Below are positions 18,723-27,968 of a DNA stretch of 64,000 bases, in pieces (position 1 is the stretch's first letter; each line of letters begins with the position of its first letter). Source of the DNA: Candidatus Elulimicrobium sp. (lineage in GTDB: Bacteria; Patescibacteriota; Minisyncoccia; Phycocordibacterales; UBA918); the NCBI GenBank assembly GCA_020720815.1, contig DYNY01000004.1:1783-65782 (forward strand). The letters run 5' to 3'. The translations under genes and the position numbers were made by a program. A model generated the notes under the pieces. It saw only the letters and a list, made by a program, of their open reading frames with translations. It searched no databases and was not told the DNA's origin.

Positions 18723-19733
18723 CTATTTATTGTCTTTCAAATATAAAGTTTTACCGAAGTCCCAAAATTCATCATGGCCATTTTTCTTCAACCAATACCA
18801 CCACTCAGCCCCCCATAGATATTGGTTGGCTAAACGAGTATCTTCAGCGTAATTCAGAATTTCTTTAAACTTATCTAAATCCATGCGTGAAAATTGCACT
18901 GACAATGGCACTTTGGTAATCGATTCCACTAGCCATGGTTCGGCTGATAGTTCTATCAAAAAAACCGGACGTCTACCATAAATCAGTGCCATCAAATTTT
19001 CTTTAGCGCGATAAAACCAAGCGGGCAAAAATGTCTTGAACTGACCGAGTTCAGGATTCCAAAAATGGACATACACACTAGTACCAAAAATATCACCCCT
19101 ACTATAAGCACCAGCCCAAGTACCTAAATTGCCACTATCTGTAATCAAAATCGGTTTATTTGGATCTAGAGAGCGAACCAAGGCTATTTCCTTTTCCAAA
19201 AACTCAACATCCAAATCTCCACACCGCTCAAAAGCAAAGGCCTGCAAAAAAGGCTCGTTCTCTACCTGCCAATATTTCACAGCCTGGTTATCTTTATATC
19301 TTTCTATAACCTTAGTCATATACGACAATTGGGCTTCATTACGTTCTACAAGTTCTAGTTTAGTTGCCCATTGTGGGGCATGACATTCTGGCCAACGGGG
19401 TAATCTTCGACCGACTGCCAATATCACTTCAGCTCCCACCGCTTTGGCTTTCTCCAGTTGATAATCAAGCTCACTAAAATTATATTCTCCTTCAGCTGGC
19501 TCAACCATATTCCAATGGGCCGCCAGTCGTAGGCGTCGCACTCCTAAGTCATCTAATATGGCATCATAAGTTTCTTGCCAATCTAACCCGAGTTCACGTG
19601 CATACATAACATTAAACGACATACCGTAGTTAAACTGAGTAGGTTGTTCTTTCTGAGCTAAGAAGAATAACGTAACAAAAGGTAAAACCAAAAATATTAG
19701 AGACACCAAAGCTATAATTTTAAAATAACGCAT
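18723..19733 (-). CDS. Glycoside hydrolase-like protein (clan GH-A TIM-barrel-like), membrane-anchored
   Basis: VENEP catalytic-acid-like motif, N-terminal TM segment. Lies next to a GH1 gene. Confidence 0.4.
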   Translation of the reverse strand: MRYFKIIALVSLIFLVLPFVTLFFLAQKEQPTQFNYGMSFNVMYARELGLDWQETYDAILDDLGVRRLRLAAHWNMVEPAEGEYNFSELDYQLEKAKAVGAEVILAVGRRLPRWPECHAPQWATKLELVERNEAQLSYMTKVIERYKDNQAVKYWQVENEPFLQAFAFERCGDLDVEFLEKEIALVRSLDPNKPILITDSGNLGTWAGAYSRGDIFGTSVYVHFWNPELGQFKTFLPAWFYRAKENLMALIYGRRPVFLIELSAEPWLVESITKVPLSVQFSRMDLDKFKEILNYAEDTRLANQYLWGAEWWYWLKKNGHDEFWDFGKTLYLKDNK

Positions 19734-19735
19734 AT

Positions 19736-20668
19736 TTATAAAAATAAGATAAAGAAGCCGACCACCACCAGAATGACATAAAGTACTTGTTGCATCACTT
19801 CTTTAGGTCTAGTTTCAGTCTTAGCTACATTATCTGGCAGTAAACTGCTAAAGATAACAGTGATAAACAGAATAAAAACAAACTTAAGACCATCGAGCGC
19901 TTGAACGACCGTCACATCTCCTTTGTCAGTCGCCAAGAGAAGCAGAAAGGCAGAAATACCAGCCAGAATTTTGGCAAACAACACCAAAACACCAGTCCTC
20001 TTAGTTGCTTCTTTGGTTCGCTCAGTAATTTTTTTGTAGTAGGTAGGAACCATCAGAAGCGATAGCGCAAACAACACCAAACCAATTCTTGACCAAAAGA
20101 AACCCTCGACGAAACTGGTTTCCATAAATAATCCTTTCATTGTTATGTAGTGAAAACCAAAGAAAAATCCGCTATGCACCACCACCATCATGGTGTATTT
20201 CTCCGGCATAGCTTGTGAGACCAGTAAAGTACCAATAATGAGGATAGCTATACCCCAAATAAAATTAGGCGAAAGAGTTGTCTCAAGAAAGAAGTAGCTC
20301 ATAGCCATAGTCGTCAAGGCTGAGACCGCACCAACTACCGGCATGACATTAACCGCTTCAGCCCGCTTTAAGGCGTCATAAAATGACACAATGGCCATAA
20401 AAAATGTATATCCCGCCAAAAAAGACATACCTAAAACTTGAATTGTAGGTTTTTCTATACCGGCAAAAGTTGGCACCCCGAGACTAGCAAAACCAGGAAT
20501 ATAACCAAATAAATAAATAACTACCCAAAAGCCAGTCAATAAGCAAGAATAAAAAGCATAAACAAAAGGCCTAGGTAATACCTTTCCGTCAGAAACAATA
20601 TATTTATCAAGAAATACTACTACCGCCCCAATAAATTGGCCGATCGTAGCTAAAAAGAGCCAAGACAT
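19736..20668 (-). CDS. Polytopic membrane protein (about 9 TM helices)
   Basis: Hydrophobic throughout. Sits in a cluster with glycosidases. Confidence 0.4.
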   Translation of the reverse strand: MSWLFLATIGQFIGAVVVFLDKYIVSDGKVLPRPFVYAFYSCLLTGFWVVIYLFGYIPGFASLGVPTFAGIEKPTIQVLGMSFLAGYTFFMAIVSFYDALKRAEAVNVMPVVGAVSALTTMAMSYFFLETTLSPNFIWGIAILIIGTLLVSQAMPEKYTMMVVVHSGFFFGFHYITMKGLFMETSFVEGFFWSRIGLVLFALSLLMVPTYYKKITERTKEATKRTGVLVLFAKILAGISAFLLLLATDKGDVTVVQALDGLKFVFILFITVIFSSLLPDNVAKTETRPKEVMQQVLYVILVVVGFFILFL

Positions 20669-20672
20669 GATT

Positions 20673-21920
20673 TTATTCTACTATACCGTTATCCTCACAA
20701 ATTTTTTTATACACGTAAGCTGAAGGACGGATGGTTCTTTCTTGTGTCTCATAATTTACCTCAATCAAACCGAACCTTTTTGCAAAACCAAGCGCCCACT
20801 CATAATTATCCAAAAGCGACCAATACAAGTGCCCACGGACATCTACCCCAGCCTGTATAGCCAGCCACACACCTTCAATCTGCCTAGTAATATATTCGGA
20901 CCGGCCAGTGTCTAAAGTGTCAGCCAAGCCACCTTCAGACACGAAAAGTGGTTTTTTGTAACGAGACAACATCATCAAGGCGTCATAAATATGATCGGGA
21001 GCAAAATTCCAATCCATATCAGTCTTACGCCAGACCCGTCTGTCACCAAACTGAGTATAAAAATAATAATTGAGACCAATCGAATCGCAGTGCTTATAGA
21101 CCCGTCTCATGAATTTATGTGTCCAAAAATAATTAGCCGCCCACGCTTTAATTATATAAAAAGGATTATAAGTCGAAGCGAACACTATGACGTGCTTAAC
21201 CACACTTACTTCAGTTTGTGGTGATATTTTTTTAATGGCTTTATAGGCAGCGTTGTGAGCCCGAGCTAAATTTTTCATTACCCTAAAATAGATAAATACT
21301 GATGATAAATATTTGGTGGCTTTGGCTTCGTATTGTCGACCTGAGTTCGTGATGGAGATCATATCTGTCAGAGCAAATCGCTTAAATGGGGGCCAAGTGC
21401 CACGCAACCAACCATTACTACCAAAAACATTTGGTTCATTCATGGTCGAAAAATGACCACATAAATCTCCCAACTCTTTAACGACATTAGTACAGTAACG
21501 GGCAAATATTTCTGGTGAGTCTGCTCTCTCAAAGCCACCGCTCTGCGAAAACCATAACGGCAAGGTAAAGTGCCAAATAGTCACGAAGGGTTTTAGCTTC
21601 TGCTGGTGAAGAGATTGCAATACTTGGCGATAATGCATAATTGCTTCCTGGTCATATTTACCCTCTTCCGGCTCGATTCGCGCCCACTCAACTGACAGTC
21701 GGTGGGCATTATGTCCTAGTGTTTTGGCAGTAGCAAAATCTTCTTCGTAACGTCGATAATGATCGCACGCGAGGCCACAGACCGGCACCCGACCATCACG
21801 ATACGCCTTAGACCAATCATTATTTTCTATACCACCCTCAACTTGATAAGCAGAGGTACCAGATCCCCAATAAAAGTCTTTGGGGAAAATTTTTGTTTTG
21901 CGGTAATTATTTCCTAACAC
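20673..21920 (-). CDS. Glycoside hydrolase family 1 beta-glucosidase
   Basis: FPKDFYWGSGTSAYQVEGG N-terminal GH1 signature, TMNEPNVF acid/base region, 415 aa. Confidence 0.8.
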   Translation of the reverse strand: MLGNNYRKTKIFPKDFYWGSGTSAYQVEGGIENNDWSKAYRDGRVPVCGLACDHYRRYEEDFATAKTLGHNAHRLSVEWARIEPEEGKYDQEAIMHYRQVLQSLHQQKLKPFVTIWHFTLPLWFSQSGGFERADSPEIFARYCTNVVKELGDLCGHFSTMNEPNVFGSNGWLRGTWPPFKRFALTDMISITNSGRQYEAKATKYLSSVFIYFRVMKNLARAHNAAYKAIKKISPQTEVSVVKHVIVFASTYNPFYIIKAWAANYFWTHKFMRRVYKHCDSIGLNYYFYTQFGDRRVWRKTDMDWNFAPDHIYDALMMLSRYKKPLFVSEGGLADTLDTGRSEYITRQIEGVWLAIQAGVDVRGHLYWSLLDNYEWALGFAKRFGLIEVNYETQERTIRPSAYVYKKICEDNGIVE

Positions 21921-21970
21921 GATATAATTATAGCAAAGAACATAGCCTATGTCAGAAGCAATGATGGTCT

Positions 21971-22741
21971 TTAGTATTCAATTTCTTTATCTAGAACTTG
22001 TTTAGGTGCTAAGTATTCTTGCCATTTTTTGTATAAAAGTGTGGTAGCAGTGACGTCTCTAGCGTTGTAGCTAGCAATGTCGCGGAATTTTTTCTTCTCA
22101 AAAAATTCCGCGACATTATCTCCACCCATCTCGCCCTTCGGACTCTCTATACCATAAGCCCGCGCAAATAAATGTAGACTTGGTCGCTTACTCATTGCCC
22201 CAAAGAAAGTCAATTCGTCCTGCAAGTCGACATGGCGAACAAACTTTTGCTGATACGGATATTTCCCTTCCATTAAGTTCTTAGTCGGCCTTATATTATT
22301 GGCTAACGAGCGATGAATTAAAAACGGTACGTCAAAAGCTCGGCCATTAAAAGTTACGAAAGTATCGTAGTATTTAGCTCCTTCCCAGAATTCCCGCAAC
22401 ATTAAATCTTCACTCTTTTCTCTATAGGTATAATCACCAATTGTTTCTTCTATCTCATTACCATCTCCTTGGTAATACACTACTCCGCGCATTCTTTCTA
22501 AATCATAAACCCCAATCGCTACCACAAAACCAGTCATTGGTGAAAAGCCTAAACTATTCTCAATGTCATTCTGCATAACCTTCCTCTCTTCTTCGCTACG
22601 AGCCGTTTTATCAGCCCAACGCGTTAAAATATGCTGTGTTACTTCATCTAACTCTGACCATTTCTCTCCAACTGTTTCAATATCAAAAATAAGCGTGGCC
22701 ATAGACACTTTTAGATTTCTACCGGTATTCCAGAGTAGCAA
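21971..22741 (-). CDS. RNase H-fold 3'-5' exonuclease-like protein (PolB-exonuclease-like)
   Basis: LIFDIETVG (DxE) exonuclease motif I near the N-terminus and a FNGRAFDVPFL motif. Confidence 0.45.
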   Translation of the reverse strand: MLLWNTGRNLKVSMATLIFDIETVGEKWSELDEVTQHILTRWADKTARSEEERKVMQNDIENSLGFSPMTGFVVAIGVYDLERMRGVVYYQGDGNEIEETIGDYTYREKSEDLMLREFWEGAKYYDTFVTFNGRAFDVPFLIHRSLANNIRPTKNLMEGKYPYQQKFVRHVDLQDELTFFGAMSKRPSLHLFARAYGIESPKGEMGGDNVAEFFEKKKFRDIASYNARDVTATTLLYKKWQEYLAPKQVLDKEIEY

Positions 22742-23583
22742 TACAAAACAGCCTTACGTTTCGAAGAAATATAATAGCTATATTGACCATCTACAAAAAC
22801 TCCACCACATTCATCAGTACCTTCCTCTAATTGGCCATGAATCGGAAAACCATCTAAAGCGTATCCTACTAGAGTTTCCGAGTCAAAAATTGAATACAAA
22901 CTATACTCGTTATTTTTAATGAGTGAACCATCTAGTGCGACGCCTACAACATCATTTGGTATACAACTCTTTTTGGTTGAAGCGTATGTCTGTACTGGTA
23001 ATTGTAACAGAACCTCTTTGGTTAGCTCAACAGATGAAGTCGCACTACTTGATGAAGTGTTAATTTCTACTTCACGATATAGTAAACGTGCCCCTTCAAC
23101 CACGGAAAAATTTAGTCCTTTAGGTGACCAATCCTTATCAAGGTTTTGATAAAGCGGACACTTCAGTTCTGTCAAAAATATATCGGTCGGTTCTATATCA
23201 TTAGTTTCGACCGAAATTTCTTCAACTGGTTCAGGCAAAGTATTCGGGTTTATTACTGATTCCTTAAAATCGGCAATTTTGCTACGCAAAGTAGCTAAAT
23301 TGCCGGACCTATCCATACCTGGCTTTTCTTCGAAAGTGGCCGTGTAAATGACCTCTCCGTAATTTGCATCAGCATTTATAACACTGGCCATATTACTATT
23401 CTCTGTGTATGTATCTCTAACTATAGTTACACAAATAGCGATTACTAAAAAAGCGAAAGAAAGTAAATACAACAAAAAATCTCGAGTGCGAAGTGGCATA
23501 AACTTACCCTCTATCATAACAAACAGAAAACTAATAGCCACCGCTTTAACCCACCGTTTTACTGGATTGTATTTTGATCTCAA
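22711..23583 (-). CDS. Hypothetical secreted or membrane-anchored protein
   Basis: 290 aa with an N-terminal TM segment. Overlaps both neighbouring genes (31 and 38 nt). Confidence 0.35.
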   Translation of the reverse strand: MRSKYNPVKRWVKAVAISFLFVMIEGKFMPLRTRDFLLYLLSFAFLVIAICVTIVRDTYTENSNMASVINADANYGEVIYTATFEEKPGMDRSGNLATLRSKIADFKESVINPNTLPEPVEEISVETNDIEPTDIFLTELKCPLYQNLDKDWSPKGLNFSVVEGARLLYREVEINTSSSSATSSVELTKEVLLQLPVQTYASTKKSCIPNDVVGVALDGSLIKNNEYSLYSIFDSETLVGYALDGFPIHGQLEEGTDECGGVFVDGQYSYYISSKRKAVLYCYSGIPVEI

Positions 23584-24847
23584 CCAATTGCTCTACTCTG
23601 CGAATATCTGCCAGTAGCTTAGACCGGTCAGGGTTATGTAAAAATAAGTTAAATATTGAGCGACCACCATTACGGGCAAAGACAGCTCGATCACCAATCT
23701 TTTTGTTCACATTTATGCGATAAAAAGATTCCAGTTGTTCAATTTTCTTAATCCCTTTCATTTCAAGAATTTTTCCTTCTTTAGTTGCAAACCATTTCAT
23801 AGTACAAGCATAGCTATTACACTTGCGAGGCAAAACTGTCTTTTGCGGTATGCGAATTAATATATCATTTAGACCATGCTCTATACCACAAGTAATTTTA
23901 TGCATAATCTCTCTAAAACCACCCATACGAGCACCTATCTCTATCACTTTCCATTCATCATCAATCTTCATTAATTCGGTATGGGCCATCGTACTACGAA
24001 GACCTAAAGCATGGATGGCTTTTTCCGCTGCTACTTCAGCCTTAGTAATAGTCTCTTTCTTGAAAACTGGTGGTGTTATCTGTAGGTAACCAAAAAAATC
24101 ATCATGTCCGACTTTCTTGCCAGTTACAACTTTTACTAGTGGACAATGTTCCACCTTACCGCGTGCACCAACGTAAGAATCAACTGAATACATATCCCCA
24201 TCCATAAACTCTTCCGCGATCAACTTTGGCTCTTCTAAACGATGGTCCAGATCGTAAGATTTTTTTAATTTACGTAATGTTGTTCGGAGAGTTTTTTCCA
24301 GCTCGGCTTCGTGGTAACAAATTGATACCAACAAACTACCAGATAAGTTAGTTGGCTTAATGATCATCGGGAAGCCAATCTTCTCAGTGATTCTAGCCCT
24401 CTCTTTCTTAGAATTTTCCTTAACTAAAGTAAATCTTGGCGTAATCGAAGGATCATAAAGCTTCATTCTTTTGCGCATCTCGTACTTATCACTAGCCCAC
24501 ATAAGTGATTCAGTAGTAGGTGTCCTTAAATAAGGCACGTGTGGAATAACCGCTGCGAAACGCGACATACTCTGTTCAGACCGACAGGTGATAGCCAATA
24601 GCTCTTCCTGATAGGGTAAAAGGGCAATAGCAATTTTCTCCGGTTTGGAAAAATCGCAGTCTACCACAAAATCAATTCCAGGGTTGTCTTTCTTATTATC
24701 TACGTCTTTTATTTTAGAATCCCACAGCAAAAGTATCCGGTATTTAGCACCGGTAGTTTTTTCATAAGCACGGATACTTTCAACCGTTTCCTGCGGTACA
24801 CTCATCACATAAACCAAGATGTTTGGCTCTTTAGTTTCTTTTACCAT
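23546..24847 (-). CDS. ATP-grasp domain enzyme (carboxylate-amine ligase-like) with an N-terminal accessory domain
   Basis: PMIIKPTNLSGSLLVS, EEFMDGDMYSVDSYV and EIGARMGG motifs typical of the ATP-grasp fold. Confidence 0.55.
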   Translation of the reverse strand: MVKETKEPNILVYVMSVPQETVESIRAYEKTTGAKYRILLLWDSKIKDVDNKKDNPGIDFVVDCDFSKPEKIAIALLPYQEELLAITCRSEQSMSRFAAVIPHVPYLRTPTTESLMWASDKYEMRKRMKLYDPSITPRFTLVKENSKKERARITEKIGFPMIIKPTNLSGSLLVSICYHEAELEKTLRTTLRKLKKSYDLDHRLEEPKLIAEEFMDGDMYSVDSYVGARGKVEHCPLVKVVTGKKVGHDDFFGYLQITPPVFKKETITKAEVAAEKAIHALGLRSTMAHTELMKIDDEWKVIEIGARMGGFREIMHKITCGIEHGLNDILIRIPQKTVLPRKCNSYACTMKWFATKEGKILEMKGIKKIEQLESFYRINVNKKIGDRAVFARNGGRSIFNLFLHNPDRSKLLADIRRVEQLVEIKIQSSKTVG

Positions 24848-25024
24848 TAGTTATAGTTCTATTTTATAAGCAAAACTTCAGCCAAGCGGATATTTATTCC
24901 AAATAAGTCTCTGATGTGTATAAAGCATACTATATAAAGTCTTATTTTTATATTATAGCATAATATACTAAAAAATCAAGTGACAAGCCCTGAATTTTGA
25001 GTTTTAATTAATTTTGCATCGAAC

Positions 25025-25699
25025 TTAAATACCAAATTGTACCGATGAATTTGTTGTAGTTTCTCCTTCAATGGTAAAATCTACTTCTGGATTAACTACA
25101 GTAGCAATTAGATCTTTGAACTCCTCATATGTTTTATAATTCATTCTTTCACCGTTTAAAAAGAAAGTTGGTGTACCTGTAATTCCCATTTCTCGCGCCT
25201 CTCTTCCGCTATCTCTGACTTTATCTCTAATCAAGGAAGAGTTCATTTGACGTTTGAATTTTTCTGTATCTAGACCAAGCTCGGTGGCGTACTGAATAAA
25301 CAAAACGCTTGGATTTTTGCTACGTGACCAGGTATCTTGATTTTCAAACAACTTATCATGGTAAGCAAAGAAGGCATCTTGTTGAGCAGCCGCTTCAGCC
25401 GCTTTGGCAGACGATTCGGCTTGAGGATGAATTGGTAATGGGTAATGTTTATATTCCAAACTTAGAGAATCACCATATTCAGCCATTATTTCTTGCAAAG
25501 CTAATTGGAATGAAGTACAAGCTGGGCATTGGAAATCGCTGTATTCTACTAACTTAACTGCTGCCTCTGAGTTACCCTTTACATGTGAAGAAAAAGTTAT
25601 ATTTTCATTATTTTTAGCACCGACAATACTAGAGTACCAAATCGATCCACCAATTAATACCAGAGCTAAGATTCCTACAACTGTCCATGGATTTTTCAT
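25025..25699 (-). CDS. DsbA-like thioredoxin-fold thiol:disulfide oxidoreductase, membrane-anchored
   Basis: CPAC active site (DFQCPACTSF), N-terminal TM, 224 aa. Confidence 0.75.
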   Translation of the reverse strand: MKNPWTVVGILALVLIGGSIWYSSIVGAKNNENITFSSHVKGNSEAAVKLVEYSDFQCPACTSFQLALQEIMAEYGDSLSLEYKHYPLPIHPQAESSAKAAEAAAQQDAFFAYHDKLFENQDTWSRSKNPSVLFIQYATELGLDTEKFKRQMNSSLIRDKVRDSGREAREMGITGTPTFFLNGERMNYKTYEEFKDLIATVVNPEVDFTIEGETTTNSSVQFGI

Positions 25700-25752
25700 A
25701 TAAGCTATAGTGTAACATAATCACTTTTTATGACCAATTCATCTACTTTATC

Positions 25753-25820
25753 ACTCCGAGAAGATAAAGTCTTTTGCGGAATACAAATATTCGGGCAGTG
25801 AGTGACACAAAAGGCATTAT
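25753..25820. promoter_or_regulatory. 15-bp perfect inverted repeat (actccgagaagataa ... ttatcttctcggagt) in a divergent intergenic region
   Basis: The arms are separated by 38 nt. Located between the dsbA-like gene (minus) and the methyltransferase gene (plus). Confidence 0.35.
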
Positions 25821-25897
25821 CTTCTCGGAGTAACTAGCTACTAAAATTTGTCTTGTTATTTTTTTGCAAATGTGTTCTAATTTGCTAACTTTTCACT

Positions 25898-26635
25898 ATG
25901 ACTTTTAAACCTAATTTTACACGTAAAAAAAAGCGCAAGGCACATGGGGCCACCTTTTGGGATAATGAATACAAAAACCCGGAACACTTAAAGCTTTCAA
26001 CCGAACAAAGTGAGGACTTGGAGAAATTTACTCGTTTTGTTATCCGTCAAAAAAAAGAGTATGCCTTATCACCCGGTGCAGAAGTACTCGACGTTGGTTG
26101 TGGTAACGGTCGTAATCTTGTTTACCTAGCTAATAATTTTGGTGTTTCCGGCACTGGGTATGATATTTCTAAGGCCGCTATCGCTCAAGCAATAGTCGCT
26201 TCAAAGGGTCTCTCCCTTTCCTACTCTGCCCGCAGTATCGCTGGTGCACTAACGATACCAGATAATTCTCAGTTCCTCGTTCTCGATATGATGACTTCAC
26301 ATTTTTTAACCAAAGAGGAACGTTTAGGATTGCGCGAAGAAATCTACCGAACCCTTAAACCTGGCGGATTACTTTTTATGAAGACTTTTCTGAAAGATGA
26401 AGATTTGCACACTAGACGTCTACTTGTCGAATTCCCCGGCAAAGAAGACGGTAGCTATATACACCCGGTCATGGGTGTAGCTGAATATGTCTACAGCGAG
26501 GAAGAACTAATTAATTTTCTAAGTGAGCGTTTTATTATCCACAAAATTTATCGCTCACACAAACACGCCTTTCGTGGCCAAGCTAGAAAACGTCGTACTA
26601 TCACGATTTATGCCGAAAAGGATCCCTATCTGTAG
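25898..26635 (+). CDS. SAM-dependent methyltransferase (class I)
   Basis: VLDVGCGNGRN motif I and LKPGGLLF motif. Confidence 0.7.
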   Translation: MTFKPNFTRKKKRKAHGATFWDNEYKNPEHLKLSTEQSEDLEKFTRFVIRQKKEYALSPGAEVLDVGCGNGRNLVYLANNFGVSGTGYDISKAAIAQAIVASKGLSLSYSARSIAGALTIPDNSQFLVLDMMTSHFLTKEERLGLREEIYRTLKPGGLLFMKTFLKDEDLHTRRLLVEFPGKEDGSYIHPVMGVAEYVYSEEELINFLSERFIIHKIYRSHKHAFRGQARKRRTITIYAEKDPYL

Positions 26636-26640
26636 TTAGT

Positions 26641-27375
26641 CTACGGGCACTTAAAGGTAGCCCTACACTCATCTTGACCAGATCCAGGAGCAACTTTCTC
26701 GCACAATTCACATTGAGACGAAAGTCCAGTTTCTTCATAGGTCGTACCATATTCCATATTTACATTCATAATGTCAGCAACATCCCGAAATAAGATATCA
26801 GTTGGTGGTTCAAAAATACTACCATCAACATTCTCCCACGGGTTACATTCATAAGTTACTGGTTGATCTACCGGCACCGGTCCCTCAGCTTCAGGTGCTT
26901 GGCCGGAAGCTTGGGCGGAGATCATACTAGTCATATCGTACTTCATTCCATACTTCTCTCCTTCAATCACTGACCAGTTGTACATCATATTATCCCGCAG
27001 AATTATAGATGAGACACTACCAGCTCCAGCTTCCGGTAGGATAAAATCACCGCGCATCATACCACCACTGGTAAAATAGGTGCCTATTACCGGTTCTTCT
27101 TCTATTGCAGATTCGTCTTTTTTTATTCCTGTCAATGGTCTATAGCTTATAGAACACTCTAGATCTTCGGCCTTGGCTAATATTTCTTGAAGTGAACCTG
27201 TCCCAGAACTTGGTTCCGCTAAAACTTTTTTGTTTGGTGTTGTTATATCAGAATTAACTTCAAAATTATCAGCTGATGATTTAATAGGGGCTTTGCTGTC
27301 ATTCATAAATAGATATACTAAAGCGATTACTACTACCCCCATTCCTACTAGACTAACTACAACGGTTTTTTTCAT
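26641..27375 (-). CDS. Hypothetical secreted protein with a Cys-rich C-terminus
   Basis: N-terminal TM/signal segment, 244 aa. C-terminal CELCEK...CRATFKCP. Confidence 0.35.
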   Translation of the reverse strand: MKKTVVVSLVGMGVVVIALVYLFMNDSKAPIKSSADNFEVNSDITTPNKKVLAEPSSGTGSLQEILAKAEDLECSISYRPLTGIKKDESAIEEEPVIGTYFTSGGMMRGDFILPEAGAGSVSSIILRDNMMYNWSVIEGEKYGMKYDMTSMISAQASGQAPEAEGPVPVDQPVTYECNPWENVDGSIFEPPTDILFRDVADIMNVNMEYGTTYEETGLSSQCELCEKVAPGSGQDECRATFKCP

Positions 27376-27482
27376 AAAAATTAATAATTAACTTTTATCA
27401 CATATAGCATAATAAATATAACTCAAAATCAAACGATTACTTGTTACTACCACAATTTTTCCATTTTAAACACACAACCTCA

Positions 27483-27905
27483 CTAGAGACAACTCCTACC
27501 TGTCAAAACTTCCATAGCAGTCGGAATTGCCCCGGCTTTTATTTCATCCACTCTAGCCTGGCCAAATTTATCAACAAAACATTTCTCTTGCTCGGGAGTT
27601 AATTTACTTGGTAAAATATTAGGATTAATTCCAACTAGTTCTAAGGCATTCTTTTGCCCTTCAGTTAGACCACCGCCAGCACTGGCGGTAGCCCCAATTC
27701 CTGTATCGGCACTAGTTGCGGTTGAAATTGGTGTTAAGTTAGTATCCCCATTTGCCTCTTTTTTTTCTGTATCACTGCTTGGCGACTGAAAAATAAATGG
27801 CTTAATGTTATACGGGTCAGCTATCCAAAAATAAACTAAGGCTAGAAGTATACAGAAGAAAATAACTCCTAATGAAACAAAAAATATAGTAAAAAAAATT
27901 TTCAT
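27483..27905 (-). CDS. Hypothetical membrane-anchored protein
   Basis: N-terminal TM segment, 140 aa. Confidence 0.3.
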   Translation of the reverse strand: MKIFFTIFFVSLGVIFFCILLALVYFWIADPYNIKPFIFQSPSSDTEKKEANGDTNLTPISTATSADTGIGATASAGGGLTEGQKNALELVGINPNILPSKLTPEQEKCFVDKFGQARVDEIKAGAIPTAMEVLTGRSCL

Positions 27906-27968
27906 GGCCAGTACTAAATTACGGCTATTAATGATGAGTACTTTCTGTCATTTTACCACAGTCCATAC

